Assembly (NCBI GenBank): GCA_051747585.1
Contig: JBNJGH010000002.1
Coordinates: forward strand, 13,291-77,290
From: Candidatus Rifleibacteriota bacterium
Lineage (GTDB): Bacteria > Muiribacteriota > Ozemobacteria > Ozemobacterales > Ozemobacteraceae
Length of the DNA: 64,000 nt
Direction: 5' to 3'
Below, piece after piece: positions 48,569 to 58,671 of this stretch; position 1 is the stretch's first letter, and each line of letters opens with the position of its first letter. The notes below the pieces were generated by a model. The model was not told the origin of the DNA and did not search any database. It worked only from the letters and a program-made list of their open reading frames with translations. The position numbers and the translations under genes were made by a program.

Positions 48569-49095
48569 TATTTCACCAGTTGTTTCAGTTTAACTTTATA
48601 ATTTTTTCCTGAGGCTGCCACTATCTCCGAAAGAATTAAGGGATTAGGCAAACTCTCAAGCCCGGCAATAAAATGCCTTATATTTGAATAATCGGCCTCA
48701 AGACTCATGGAAATCGTGTAACAGGGAATGTTTAAGCCATCAAAGCTACTATTCAGCTCATATCTTACAAATTCAATAAAAACAAAGTTATACTCAGCAA
48801 CTTCATTTATTGCATTTATAATTTCAGGTAATTTAGAATTTTCGGGTAACTCTTTGTTAATATTTGCCAGCACTGCATCTAGTTTTTGAAGTTTAGTTCT
48901 TTGCTGCTTGTAAGTTTTTCGTCTTTTAAGATTTTTTCTGCTTTTGCGCAAAAGACTCTTATATTTACTAATTTGCCCGTTTAACTTTTCCTCTTGCGGT
49001 TCAATTAAAAAGGTCGGCAAAATTATGAGAATAACTAAAATAATGAGAGGAAAGGGAGCTTTTTCTTTTAATTTTCTAATTTCATTAGGATTCAT
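48568..49095 (-). CDS. pilO: Type IV pilus assembly protein PilO-like
   Basis: TM, coiled coil, ELPENSKLPEII, YSNIRHFIAGLESLP. Confidence 0.8.
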   Translation of the reverse strand: MNPNEIRKLKEKAPFPLIILVILIILPTFLIEPQEEKLNGQISKYKSLLRKSRKNLKRRKTYKQQRTKLQKLDAVLANINKELPENSKLPEIINAINEVAEYNFVFIEFVRYELNSSFDGLNIPCYTISMSLEADYSNIRHFIAGLESLPNPLILSEIVAASGKNYKVKLKQLVK

Positions 49096-49670
49096 CAGGG
49101 TAATGTCCCCCCTTCGCCGAGGTAGTCGACCTCAAGTTTAAAAGTAACCTCGGGGTTATTCAGTCCCACTCTCTGGTGCTGTTTTAAGCGTGGGTTCAAA
49201 AACATCTTGTTTTTAAACAGAATTTTTACAAAAGTGGTGAGATCTTTCAAAGATTCGGCATTACCTTCAATTGCCACTTTTACAAGTTTTTCAGGTATAA
49301 TTCTTATACGACTGAACATAATGCTACCGGGAGTTACCTTTTCCAGCGAACTGAATATCAGGGTAGTAGAATGTTTTAAAGCTTCAGAAACTCTTCGATA
49401 ATCAAGATAACTGCTTTCTTTTGTCACCAGTTCTTCTTTATCTGGCTTTATTTTTTTAATTTTTTCATAAAATTTGTCGTTTTTATCCTCTAAATGTTTA
49501 AAAGACTTTTTATGAAAAGTGTTTAAAGATTTGGAAGTAAAATAATTGTAGCTCCAGAAAAACAGCAGAACCAGTGGTAATCCATAAAGAATCATCAGAG
49601 AAGTCTTCAGCATGAAATTGCTGCCTTTTCTAAAAACTATTGAAGGTTTAAAGTTCAAATAATGTTTCAT
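49095..49670 (-). CDS. pilN: Type IV pilus assembly protein PilN-like
   Basis: N-terminal YLNF, TM, LEKVTPGSI, IEGNAES; lies between pilM and pilO. Confidence 0.8.
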   Translation of the reverse strand: MKHYLNFKPSIVFRKGSNFMLKTSLMILYGLPLVLLFFWSYNYFTSKSLNTFHKKSFKHLEDKNDKFYEKIKKIKPDKEELVTKESSYLDYRRVSEALKHSTTLIFSSLEKVTPGSIMFSRIRIIPEKLVKVAIEGNAESLKDLTTFVKILFKNKMFLNPRLKQHQRVGLNNPEVTFKLEVDYLGEGGTLP

Positions 49671-49678
49671 ATCTTCCT

Positions 49679-50761
49679 CTACTTAGCAAGAAGCCCGATG
49701 CAAGGAGCAAATTCGGGACCTGAGTCTATTAAATCTTTTTTTAGTTTGCCGGCCAATGGTATTTCATTAAGCGGATTAAAGACCATACATCTGGTTGTAC
49801 AAAACTCAGAAAGAAAGGCATCGAGACCTGAAATTTGAGCTCCTCCACCAGTTATGAATATTGAAGGCAAATGCGAAAGTCCGTATTTTTCCTGAAAAAA
49901 TCTAAAGGTTACATTTATTTCTCTAAGCCAGTTGCCAAAAATTTTATCTATACGTTCACGTTTTCCTATCAGTTCAACGACCTCGCTTCTGGTAGAAGGG
50001 AAAAATTTCTCTTTTTCTTTTCGTTTTGCTGCGTTTTCGTGATTTAAAGAATCCAGCATGGCAATGGTCTGAGTGAATTCATCACCGGCAGACTCTATGA
50101 CCCTTTCATAAATTAAAGTTCCTTTACTGTATGCCTTTACGACAGTAGTTTCATGGCCAATATGCAGATTTATTACCGTCTGATCTACGCATTTATCAGG
50201 AAAAGCCTCTTCAAAAAGATTGAAAACGCCAAGCGAGGAAGTGTCAAATGCCATTACTTCAAGCTCAAGTTTTGTTGTCAAAGATGACAAAACATCAATA
50301 ATATCCTTTTTTACTGCAGCCGCCATGATTCGATATGTATCCGGTTCTTCAGAATCCATGTCAGGCCCCAGTATTTGAAAATCAACCACCACTTCCATAT
50401 TTTCGGGTACCGGCAGATTCTTTTCAATTCGCCAGCTCAAGAATTCGGGTGATTTTTTTTCGGTTTCACTTAGCTTCATATTCAGCAGGTGCAGTTTAAC
50501 CCATCTATCTGGTAGACCTATGACTAAACCCTGTTTGGAATTTTTTATTTTCTTTGTAAGCCCGGCGATAATCTTCTTAAGTGCCTCTACATCTGAGACA
50601 TGGGGGTGGGTAAAGTCGCCGCCAACAAGCCCCTCGGGGATGTCTTTCTTCAAAAGCTGTTTAACACGATAACCCTGTTTTGAAGGTCCGGGATCGATTA
50701 CAGCAAGTTTAACACAGCTGGTACCTATATCCATGGCTATTAAGTCTGTATAGAGGTTCAT
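49679..50761 (-). CDS. pilM: Type IV pilus assembly protein PilM
   Basis: Actin-like fold motifs AMDIGTSCVKL, LHIGHETT, ITGGGA, FNPL, CIGL. Confidence 0.88.
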   Translation of the reverse strand: MNLYTDLIAMDIGTSCVKLAVIDPGPSKQGYRVKQLLKKDIPEGLVGGDFTHPHVSDVEALKKIIAGLTKKIKNSKQGLVIGLPDRWVKLHLLNMKLSETEKKSPEFLSWRIEKNLPVPENMEVVVDFQILGPDMDSEEPDTYRIMAAAVKKDIIDVLSSLTTKLELEVMAFDTSSLGVFNLFEEAFPDKCVDQTVINLHIGHETTVVKAYSKGTLIYERVIESAGDEFTQTIAMLDSLNHENAAKRKEKEKFFPSTRSEVVELIGKRERIDKIFGNWLREINVTFRFFQEKYGLSHLPSIFITGGGAQISGLDAFLSEFCTTRCMVFNPLNEIPLAGKLKKDLIDSGPEFAPCIGLLAK

Positions 50762-52653
50762 TCGACTACCCCTTCCTCAAAAGTAACTCGGTTCATCTCT
50801 TCAAAGGTGGTCAATCCCTTTTCGACTTTTTTCCAACCGGCTTGCCTTAATGGAATCAAGCCCTGCCTCATTGCGGCACGGCGTATTTCCAGGGGCGACT
50901 GGCGAGTTAAAATCATCGATTTAATCTCAGGAGTCATTTCCAGAACTTCAAAAATACCGGAACGACCTTGATAACCTGTATCGTGACAATATCGACATCC
51001 TTTACCCTTTTTGAACTTAACATCTTTATGCTGTTCAAAATCTACGGTTAATCTTTTCATTTCTTCAGTGATGCTATTGTCGTCAATTAAGCAATTTTTA
51101 CAATTAAGCCTGATCAGGCGTTGTGACATAATCAAATTAAATGAGCTGACAAATTCATAAGGGTCAATTTTCATGTTTTCAAGCCTTGAAATCGCATCTA
51201 TTACATTATTCGCATGAATGGAGCTAAAAACAAGATGACCTGTCAAAGCTGCATTAATAGCGATTTTAGCGGTTTCTGCATCACGTATTTCACCAACCAT
51301 AATTTTGTCGGGATCCTGCCTTACTATAGATCTAAGTCCCGAGCTAAAGGTTAGACCTTTTTTTTCATTGACCGCTATCTGAACAATATCAGGCAATTGA
51401 TACTCAACCGGATCCTCAATAGTTATAAATTTATCTCTTGGTGTGTGAACAAATTTAATTGCAGAATAAAGAGTGGTAGTTTTACCTGATCCGGTAGGGC
51501 CGGCCACCAGGACCATTCCATAGGGCTTGGTAACATTTCGCTTAAACATCAGTAAATCATTGCCCACCAGCCCAAGCTTCTGTATATCAAGCCCAAGAGC
51601 AGATTTATCAAGAATTCTTAAAACAACGGTTTCACCAAAAATTGACGGCAACACCGAGACCCTGAAGTCAACATATCGGTCATCTATTTTAAGCTTGAAC
51701 CTGCCATCCTGCGGAACCCTTTTTTCGGCGATATCCAATTGAGCCATGATTTTTAATCTTGAAATAACCGGGGTTCTGAATCTGGGCTCGACATCCGACA
51801 AAACCTCAAAAAGAACCCCATCGATTCTATATTTCACTTTTAACTGAGATTCATAAACCTCAAAATGAATATCACTGGCTCTTTTTCTAACCCCTTTCAG
51901 CAAAATAGCATCAACCATCCTCACTACTGTGGTATCGCTGCCAAAACCACTCGCAGTAGCGATTCCCGGTGCGGGAGATTCATCTTCTTCTTCATCTTCA
52001 TCAACGACTTCCAGGGGAGGAAAGTTTTCCAGATCAGAAAAAACAACCTTAGAATCCAGGCTGGTTTCAACCATTAAAGATAAAAGTTTTTGCAGACTTA
52101 CCCTTGAAGCCACAAGTGGCACAATTGGCAAACCCAGCTGAACTTCAAGCTCTTCTATGGCATCGACATTACCCGGATCAGCCATAATAAGATGAATATC
52201 TTTATTGTATTTTTTATGGGGAATAAAACAATAATTTCGCATCAGAGCTACATCAATGCTGTTAAACAACTCATCATTAACTTCATAATTTGAAAGATCT
52301 ACATATTCAATACCCAGTTCATGAGCAACCGCTCGAGCATACTCTTCTTCAGTTATAACCTTACGATCAATTAAAATCTGACCTATATTAGAAGGAATTG
52401 TTCCAAACTCCAGAGTGATTTCCTGAAGAAATTCGAGAGAAATAAAGCCTTCTTTTACCAGAATTTCGCATAAAGTTTCCTTTTTGAAGGTTGAAACGAA
52501 AGCATTTATTAAAGTTGCATCAGAAATCTCTGAATTCTGTTCGAGCTTTTTAATTATTTCGTCTACGTCCCCGGAGCTATCTTCCAAAATAGCATCTGCG
52601 GTCTGCGCATCTATAACTTTTTGTTTTACTAGATAATCTTTAAAACTTTGCAT
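50758..52653 (-). CDS. pilB: GspE/PilB assembly ATPase
   Basis: ASDIHFE, DIAEKRVPQDGR, GPTGSGKTTTLY, RQDPDKIMVGEIRD, tetracysteine motif. Confidence 0.93.
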   Translation of the reverse strand: MQSFKDYLVKQKVIDAQTADAILEDSSGDVDEIIKKLEQNSEISDATLINAFVSTFKKETLCEILVKEGFISLEFLQEITLEFGTIPSNIGQILIDRKVITEEEYARAVAHELGIEYVDLSNYEVNDELFNSIDVALMRNYCFIPHKKYNKDIHLIMADPGNVDAIEELEVQLGLPIVPLVASRVSLQKLLSLMVETSLDSKVVFSDLENFPPLEVVDEDEEEDESPAPGIATASGFGSDTTVVRMVDAILLKGVRKRASDIHFEVYESQLKVKYRIDGVLFEVLSDVEPRFRTPVISRLKIMAQLDIAEKRVPQDGRFKLKIDDRYVDFRVSVLPSIFGETVVLRILDKSALGLDIQKLGLVGNDLLMFKRNVTKPYGMVLVAGPTGSGKTTTLYSAIKFVHTPRDKFITIEDPVEYQLPDIVQIAVNEKKGLTFSSGLRSIVRQDPDKIMVGEIRDAETAKIAINAALTGHLVFSSIHANNVIDAISRLENMKIDPYEFVSSFNLIMSQRLIRLNCKNCLIDDNSITEEMKRLTVDFEQHKDVKFKKGKGCRYCHDTGYQGRSGIFEVLEMTPEIKSMILTRQSPLEIRRAAMRQGLIPLRQAGWKKVEKGLTTFEEMNRVTFEEGVVE

Positions 52654-52667
52654 AAAAATTCCTTACT

Positions 52668-53885
52668 TTATTGAATGTTTGAAGCAGCAGTAAGAACAGG
52701 ATAAAGCAGTGCAATAATAAGGGTTCCTACCACCAGGGCCATGCAAAGAAAGAGTACCGGTTCTATTAACGCGGCAATGGCATCGGTAGTTTCGGTTATT
52801 TCCTCATCATAGTGATCGGCAAGATTATCGAGCATTTCGCTCAAATTGCCCGATTCCTCTCCTACGTGAATAACTCTGGTCATAATAATTGGAGAATCCG
52901 GTATTCTCTTCAGAGCTTTTCCAAATCCCAGGCCTTTTTCGATTAATTCAGGTAGAATTACGAATCTAGCTGCAAGCACTTTATTTTCAAGAGTATCCAG
53001 AACGACTTCAAGACTTTCCAGAAGAGGGATTCCGCCCTCTACCATTGTTCCAAGGGTTCTAGAAAACTGACTGTAAGCGTAATTTAATTCAAGGTCTCTC
53101 ACAACCGGTATAGTAAGCTTTAATTTATCTATAAGCTTTCGCCCTTCGCGCCTTTTGGAATATTTTATCAGTCCAATTATCAAGATTATCAGAGCAAGAA
53201 AAAAGAACCAGAACCAGGTTCCTATAAAACCAGAAACAGAGAGTAGCATTCTTGTTAGCAAAGGCAGCGGCACGTCCAGACTTTTAAAAAGCCCGGCAAA
53301 CTCCGGTACAACAGCGACAACCATGTAAGTTACCGCGAGAGTAGATACTAAAAGTAAAATAGCCGGATAGATAAGAGCTGCTACAACTTTTCTTTTTATA
53401 GCAATTGAATTAACAAAATATTCAGAGAGACGCTTTAAAATATTATCAAGAGCCCCGGCTTTTTCTCCGGCAACAACTGTTTTAATATAAATTTCAGGAA
53501 AAATATCGGGGTGCCTGCTAAGAGCAGCACTTAAAGAAACACCTTCACTGATATCAGTTTTCACCTGAGCCAAAGCCAGGTTAAGCGGAGTTTCTTCGGA
53601 TCCGTCAAGAAGAACGTCAATGGCATCATTCATGGGTATGCCAGATCTGATAAGTGTTCTTAAAAGTTTTGTAAATTCGTTTAATTCTTTGGTACTGACT
53701 TTTGCTCCAACATCAAGAGACTCGTTTAATCTTTGAATTAAACCTGATTGTTCTTTCTTTTCAGAAATAATATAGTAGCCCTGCTGTTGAAAAGCTTCAC
53801 GCATTTCTACTACAGACTGGGTTTCAAATGTCTCTTCTCTTATTCTGCCTTTTTCATCAGCATATTTTACTTTAATTTTTTCCAT
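52668..53885 (-). CDS. pilC: GspF/PilC inner-membrane platform protein
   Basis: G.SLSAAL..HP.IF, AGEKAGAL, ALIYP, VGEESGNL, LIEP. Confidence 0.93.
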   Translation of the reverse strand: MEKIKVKYADEKGRIREETFETQSVVEMREAFQQQGYYIISEKKEQSGLIQRLNESLDVGAKVSTKELNEFTKLLRTLIRSGIPMNDAIDVLLDGSEETPLNLALAQVKTDISEGVSLSAALSRHPDIFPEIYIKTVVAGEKAGALDNILKRLSEYFVNSIAIKRKVVAALIYPAILLLVSTLAVTYMVVAVVPEFAGLFKSLDVPLPLLTRMLLSVSGFIGTWFWFFFLALIILIIGLIKYSKRREGRKLIDKLKLTIPVVRDLELNYAYSQFSRTLGTMVEGGIPLLESLEVVLDTLENKVLAARFVILPELIEKGLGFGKALKRIPDSPIIMTRVIHVGEESGNLSEMLDNLADHYDEEITETTDAIAALIEPVLFLCMALVVGTLIIALLYPVLTAASNIQ

Positions 53886-54021
53886 TGATCCGCCCTACAA
53901 AAAAATCCTGAAATTTTTCGGTTATTTAAGTTTATTTTATTTAAACAAAAATCACAAACTTTTCCGAAAATTTCAGGTAAGCCAGCAAATGAATTTTTCT
54001 CCCTTTCAATGTAGGCTTTTT

Positions 54022-54681
54022 CTAATTTATAAAATGTTCGTTCAATTCAGCTTGTTTCTGAGTAAGCTCAAGAACCCATTGCTGGTCTTTATCGATAACA
54101 AATTCCTCTACTGTGCCGAACCATTCTCTGGCAGCTTTTTTATCTTCAAGTCTTCGATAAAGCTCGCCAACAAGGTACATAACTATTGGTCTGTTGTCTG
54201 GATTAGTTATTGTCGATCTATCAACCGAAATCTTTAAAAATTTTACTGCAAGCTGCTGTAGCTCAATTTCAAGTTTACGATTTTCCAGAATCCTGCAACA
54301 CCAGGAGCCTCTTAGATACAAATTACCTATGTGATAAGGATTTCTTTTATTGGCTTCATAAATTTTACCGGCCAGAAAAAACCTTAAAGCCTCAGGAGGC
54401 AATTTTCTGGCAATCGGCATATCAAGAATATCTTTAATTTCTTCGCTCGAAATAGAATTTCGCTCTGCTTTAGATGGCTCATAATCTTCGGGATAGGCAC
54501 AATAGTTGCACCCAGGGCATTGTACCAGAAAATAAGGCAACGGATTCTCACCCAGATAATGGGGGAAAAAATCGGAATCTTGCCCCTGATGAGTCACAGA
54601 CCTGACTACCCGCGCCTCAAACTCAGTTGAACATGCAGGGCATATAAAATTACTTTTTTTAAACTTTGTTCCCACACCCAT
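54022..54681 (-). CDS. DUF2225 domain protein
   Basis: CPAC...DSDF....G.NPL.Y....CPGCNY, LRGSW, YLVGELYRR. Confidence 0.85.
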   Translation of the reverse strand: MGVGTKFKKSNFICPACSTEFEARVVRSVTHQGQDSDFFPHYLGENPLPYFLVQCPGCNYCAYPEDYEPSKAERNSISSEEIKDILDMPIARKLPPEALRFFLAGKIYEANKRNPYHIGNLYLRGSWCCRILENRKLEIELQQLAVKFLKISVDRSTITNPDNRPIVMYLVGELYRRLEDKKAAREWFGTVEEFVIDKDQQWVLELTQKQAELNEHFIN

Positions 54682-54736
54682 CTCCAGACTTTAGTCAGAA
54701 TATATTAAGGTTAGTTGAAGCTGTCAACCAGTAATC

Positions 54737-55264
54737 TCATTTTGCTCTGGCGAGAATTTTGCCTACTGACTCCAGGGGCCAGAATTTCAATTCAGCCCTA
54801 CCCTTTACTCGATCGCGGTCGAGCAATCCCCAGGAACGACTGTCATGGGAATTATTACGATTATCACCCATTACGCAGAGTTTATCCCAGGGTACTTTTA
54901 CTGGACCATATGACCCAAAAACATATTCGGGTACAAATGGCTCAGACATTTTTTTGCCATTGCGAAATAAATAACCATCTTTTATTTCTATAATATCTCC
55001 CGGCGTTCCAACTACTCTTTTAATAAAGTCTTTTTCGGTTTCCAGGGGATATGAGAATACTACCACTTCGCCGACAGAAGGCTCTTTAATTTGATAAATA
55101 AGCTTATTTACTATTATCTTTTCATGGGAATGCAAAGCGGGCTCCATACATGCACCTTCAATAACAAACCCTTGTACAACATAAGTCTGTAAAAACAGAA
55201 AAAATAACAACGCCTTTAGAAAGTCTTTAAACCAATCCCTTAGTCCGTGTACAATACTGTTCAT
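54737..55264 (-). CDS. lepB: Signal peptidase I (S26) with Cys at the nucleophile position
   Basis: GACMEPAL (box B), DFIKRVVG (box D), GDNRNNSHDSRSWG (box E). Confidence 0.92.
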   Translation of the reverse strand: MNSIVHGLRDWFKDFLKALLFFLFLQTYVVQGFVIEGACMEPALHSHEKIIVNKLIYQIKEPSVGEVVVFSYPLETEKDFIKRVVGTPGDIIEIKDGYLFRNGKKMSEPFVPEYVFGSYGPVKVPWDKLCVMGDNRNNSHDSRSWGLLDRDRVKGRAELKFWPLESVGKILARAK

Positions 55265-55350
55265 CGACCAACTCCATTTAGGTCTATTTTTTTATGTACT
55301 TTTCATTCGGACAGATGAACGGTTTTTATTATAAAAAATCTAATTTTTTT

Positions 55351-56046
55351 TTAATATCTTTTTATTTCCGGACATTTACGAACTGCCCTGCCATCTGAAT
55401 GGGGTAGTTCGTTGTCGGGCATTTCCCCATCTGGAGGAGTTATAACTTCCTGCAAAGAGAATTTTTGTTCATCAAGTTTCCACTTTGTAAAAAGCTTTTT
55501 CACCTGGCTCTCATCCTGTTTTTTACTGTACAGTCCCGCCAATTCACGTTGTCGCTGAATTTCGTACATAGTAACAGCAGAGGCAACAGATATATTTAAA
55601 CTTTGGACAAAGCCTGCCATGGGCAAAAATATATTTGTGTCACAAATTTCAAGAATTTCATCAGAACAACCTCGTTGTTCATTGCCCATAATCACCACCC
55701 ATGGCTGTGTCCAGTCTACTTTTCTAAAATCTACAGCCTCACGCCCCATGTGGGTAGCGGCAATTTTGAATCCTTGTTTTTTTATTTTCTGCATTCTTTC
55801 TTTAAGGTTATCGACTACTTCTAAATCGACCCATTTCTCTGCCCCTTTTGACACTTCCGGATTAACTGACTCAGGTTTACGCCAGTCAGGCTGCCAATAT
55901 ACTTTTCCAATACCGGTTGCATCAGCTGTACGCAGGACTGCAGAAATATTATGCTGATCATGAACGTTCTCAAGTGCTATGGCCAGGTCAAGCTGTCGCT
56001 TGTGAATTGCGTTTGCAACTCTATAAATTCTTCGTCTGGTTGGCAT
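55351..56046 (-). CDS. trmH: tRNA (guanosine-2'-O)-methyltransferase, SpoU family
   Basis: LENVHDQHNISAVLRTAD, MGNEQRG, LPMAGFVQSLNISVA. Confidence 0.88.
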   Translation of the reverse strand: MPTRRRIYRVANAIHKRQLDLAIALENVHDQHNISAVLRTADATGIGKVYWQPDWRKPESVNPEVSKGAEKWVDLEVVDNLKERMQKIKKQGFKIAATHMGREAVDFRKVDWTQPWVVIMGNEQRGCSDEILEICDTNIFLPMAGFVQSLNISVASAVTMYEIQRQRELAGLYSKKQDESQVKKLFTKWKLDEQKFSLQEVITPPDGEMPDNELPHSDGRAVRKCPEIKRY

Positions 56047-56054
56047 TGTTATTT

Positions 56055-56852
56055 TCAGCCTTTCTTTTTATCTATTGTTGCTATGGTTTGGACAGAACCC
56101 TTAAAAATTTTAATTTCTTTTATATTTAAATTTAACCAGGTTTTGCTTGAATTAAAAACCGGGTTTATGCGTGAAATAATTGATCGTCGGGCATTACGAG
56201 GCATTGGAATGCGATTCAAGGTTAACCTCGAACAATTAAAATCAACAATCTTTGGATTAACGAGCTTAACATCACCCTGAACCCTGAAATGAACTACCAG
56301 CCAGCCTTTTCTGTATCGCCCATCAAGGCGAACCCGATCTTTTTTAAGTTTTAAATCAAGATTTTTAAGAGAACGTGCTCTGGCAAAAAGCTCAAACACC
56401 TTCAATAAATTATTTTGAGATACTTCGGTCTTTAGCTTTATCAAATCGGATTTAACAAATTTTATTCTGTTATTGGCAAGCTCCTCCTTATCGAGTTCAC
56501 AATCAGGGAACTCAAAGGTGGCAGTAGCAATATTAAGATTATAATATTTAACTTTGCTGCAAATAACCTTAATATTTTTAAATGCCCCATTTTTTACATC
56601 TTTTTTATATTTTATTTTTAAATTTTCAGGTTCAGGGGTTATTTTTCCTATTTGAGCGATCTCTTCTTTAGAGTAATCAAGCAAATCAAATATTCCCGTT
56701 GCTTTAAATTCCGATGGTGTTGCAAATGCCTTAAAAAAACCTTTGCGTAAATTCTTTCTAAGTTTCGGGCCTGGTATTTCTGATGCAGACAAGCTAAATT
56801 CAAAAAAAATAAGGGTCAGAACTAAAACGCAAATTTTTCTTCTATTATTCAT
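56055..56852 (-). CDS. DUF2993/LmeA-like exported protein
   Basis: Signal peptide; elongated beta pattern and C-terminal INPVF typical of DUF2993. Confidence 0.55.
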   Translation of the reverse strand: MNNRRKICVLVLTLIFFEFSLSASEIPGPKLRKNLRKGFFKAFATPSEFKATGIFDLLDYSKEEIAQIGKITPEPENLKIKYKKDVKNGAFKNIKVICSKVKYYNLNIATATFEFPDCELDKEELANNRIKFVKSDLIKLKTEVSQNNLLKVFELFARARSLKNLDLKLKKDRVRLDGRYRKGWLVVHFRVQGDVKLVNPKIVDFNCSRLTLNRIPMPRNARRSIISRINPVFNSSKTWLNLNIKEIKIFKGSVQTIATIDKKKG

Positions 56853-58644
56853 TATTTAACGCCTCGACAATTATTCTGGCTGTTTTAACAGGGATTCCCG
56901 TCATTTTCTGTAATTCTTCGGGGGTTTTTTCTTTGGCTTTTGCAGTTGATTTGAATACCCGCAAAACTTTGCGAAGAATTGCAGGCCCCACCCCTGGCAA
57001 ATTTAACAGTGCAGATCTTACCATGCGTTTAGAGTGAGTTCTTTTCTGAAAGCTGTTGGCAAATCTATGGGATTCATTTCTTAATTTTATTATAATTTTC
57101 ATTCCCGAACTGGAAAAAGGCAACTTTTGTTCTTTTCCGTCTGAACTGACAAGCAACTCTTCGCGTTTTGCCAATCCATAGAGAGGGATATCAAGGGAAA
57201 GAGCGTGCATTTCTCTTTCTGCAGATCGAACCTGAGCTAAGCCGCCATCTACTATAAACAGGTCTGGCAAAGGTTGTTTTTCTTTGAGTCGACGAGTCAA
57301 TCTTCGCCTTACAACCTCGGCAATCGAAGCCGGGTCATCGCCTCCGGAAGCTGTTTTAATATGAAAAAGTCTGTATTCTTTTTTAGCAGGTTTTCCATCT
57401 ACGGTGACTACCAGTGAAGCAACCGGGTCAACTCCCTGAATATGAGAAATATCGACGCATTCAATTCTCATTGGCGGCTTTTTTAAGCCTAAACGTTTTT
57501 GCAGGTCGACAACCGCATCGCTGACTTTTTCTTTTTCAATTGGGGTCAAATTTTTCAAAACTTCCAAAGCATTCTTATCTGCCATTTTTAAAAGATGCCT
57601 GAATTTTCCCCGTGATGGCACAGCAATTTTAACTTTACGACCAATTCTTTCTGTAAGCAATTTTTCCAAGGGCTTATCAGAATCAGGCATTAGCGAGCAA
57701 TAAATCAGGGGCGGAATTAGATTTCTGTCATAGAACCTGGTCATAAGAGATGTTAGAATCTCAGCCGTTTCTACTTCAGGCTCAGGATCTACATCAATAA
57801 TACGATTTCCGAGTAGTTTTCCACCACGAACGAAAAATATCGAAAAAATAATTCGCTCTGAAGTTTCGCTGCAGCCCCATATATCAGAGTCAACGGGTTT
57901 AACGAATTCAACTTTCTGATCTTCAAAAAATCTATGCAGTGCTGTTATTGTGTCTCTTAATTCCGCTGCTTCTTCGTAACGATATTCCGACTTCAAAAAT
58001 TGCAACTGCTGTTCCATCTCTTTGAAATCTGGTGCGGTTTTTCCTGAAAGTAGATCTATAGCTTTTTGAATGGATTTTTTATAGGCTTCAGGGCTTACTT
58101 CGCCCTGGCAGGCACCCTGGCATAAGTGAAGATGGTATTTAAGGCATGGCCTTTTTTTCTTGCCGCCTATTTTTGTTTTAGATGTGCAAAGTCGACATGT
58201 TCTGGTTATCAAATCAAGAATGTGGTTCAAGTCGTAGGCATTCGGAAAGGGACCAAAATAAAGGTTACCGTCGTGAAAAGAGACCCGGCGCACCTTTTCG
58301 ATTCGTGGGTATTCTTCTTTTAAAGTTACTCTAACGTATGGATGAGTTTTACTGTCTTTAAGCAGCACATTGTAGCGAGGCTTATGCTTTTTTATAAGGT
58401 TATTCTCAAGTATAAGTGCTTCAACTTCATTGTTGGTAATAATAAATTCTATATTTTCGATGCCTGAAACCATTATCGAGGTCTTGAGATTGTCATGCCG
58501 GCGTCGGAAATAAGAACTCACCCTTTTTTTTAGAGACCTTGATTTCCCTATGTAAATAATTTCGTCAGCCCGGTTTTTCATTAAATACACACCGGGCTTA
58601 GAGGGCATTAATTTTAGAACTTTATCAAGTTTTTCTTTATCCAT
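56845..58644 (-). CDS. uvrC: Excinuclease ABC subunit C
   Basis: PGVY/YIGKS (GIY-YIG), KPRYN, YEEAAELRD, IECVDISH, VDGG, HhH LPGVG. Confidence 0.97.
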   Translation of the reverse strand: MDKEKLDKVLKLMPSKPGVYLMKNRADEIIYIGKSRSLKKRVSSYFRRRHDNLKTSIMVSGIENIEFIITNNEVEALILENNLIKKHKPRYNVLLKDSKTHPYVRVTLKEEYPRIEKVRRVSFHDGNLYFGPFPNAYDLNHILDLITRTCRLCTSKTKIGGKKKRPCLKYHLHLCQGACQGEVSPEAYKKSIQKAIDLLSGKTAPDFKEMEQQLQFLKSEYRYEEAAELRDTITALHRFFEDQKVEFVKPVDSDIWGCSETSERIIFSIFFVRGGKLLGNRIIDVDPEPEVETAEILTSLMTRFYDRNLIPPLIYCSLMPDSDKPLEKLLTERIGRKVKIAVPSRGKFRHLLKMADKNALEVLKNLTPIEKEKVSDAVVDLQKRLGLKKPPMRIECVDISHIQGVDPVASLVVTVDGKPAKKEYRLFHIKTASGGDDPASIAEVVRRRLTRRLKEKQPLPDLFIVDGGLAQVRSAEREMHALSLDIPLYGLAKREELLVSSDGKEQKLPFSSSGMKIIIKLRNESHRFANSFQKRTHSKRMVRSALLNLPGVGPAILRKVLRVFKSTAKAKEKTPEELQKMTGIPVKTARIIVEALNNE

Positions 58645-58671
58645 GACTTCATATAAACAACGGGCACAGGG

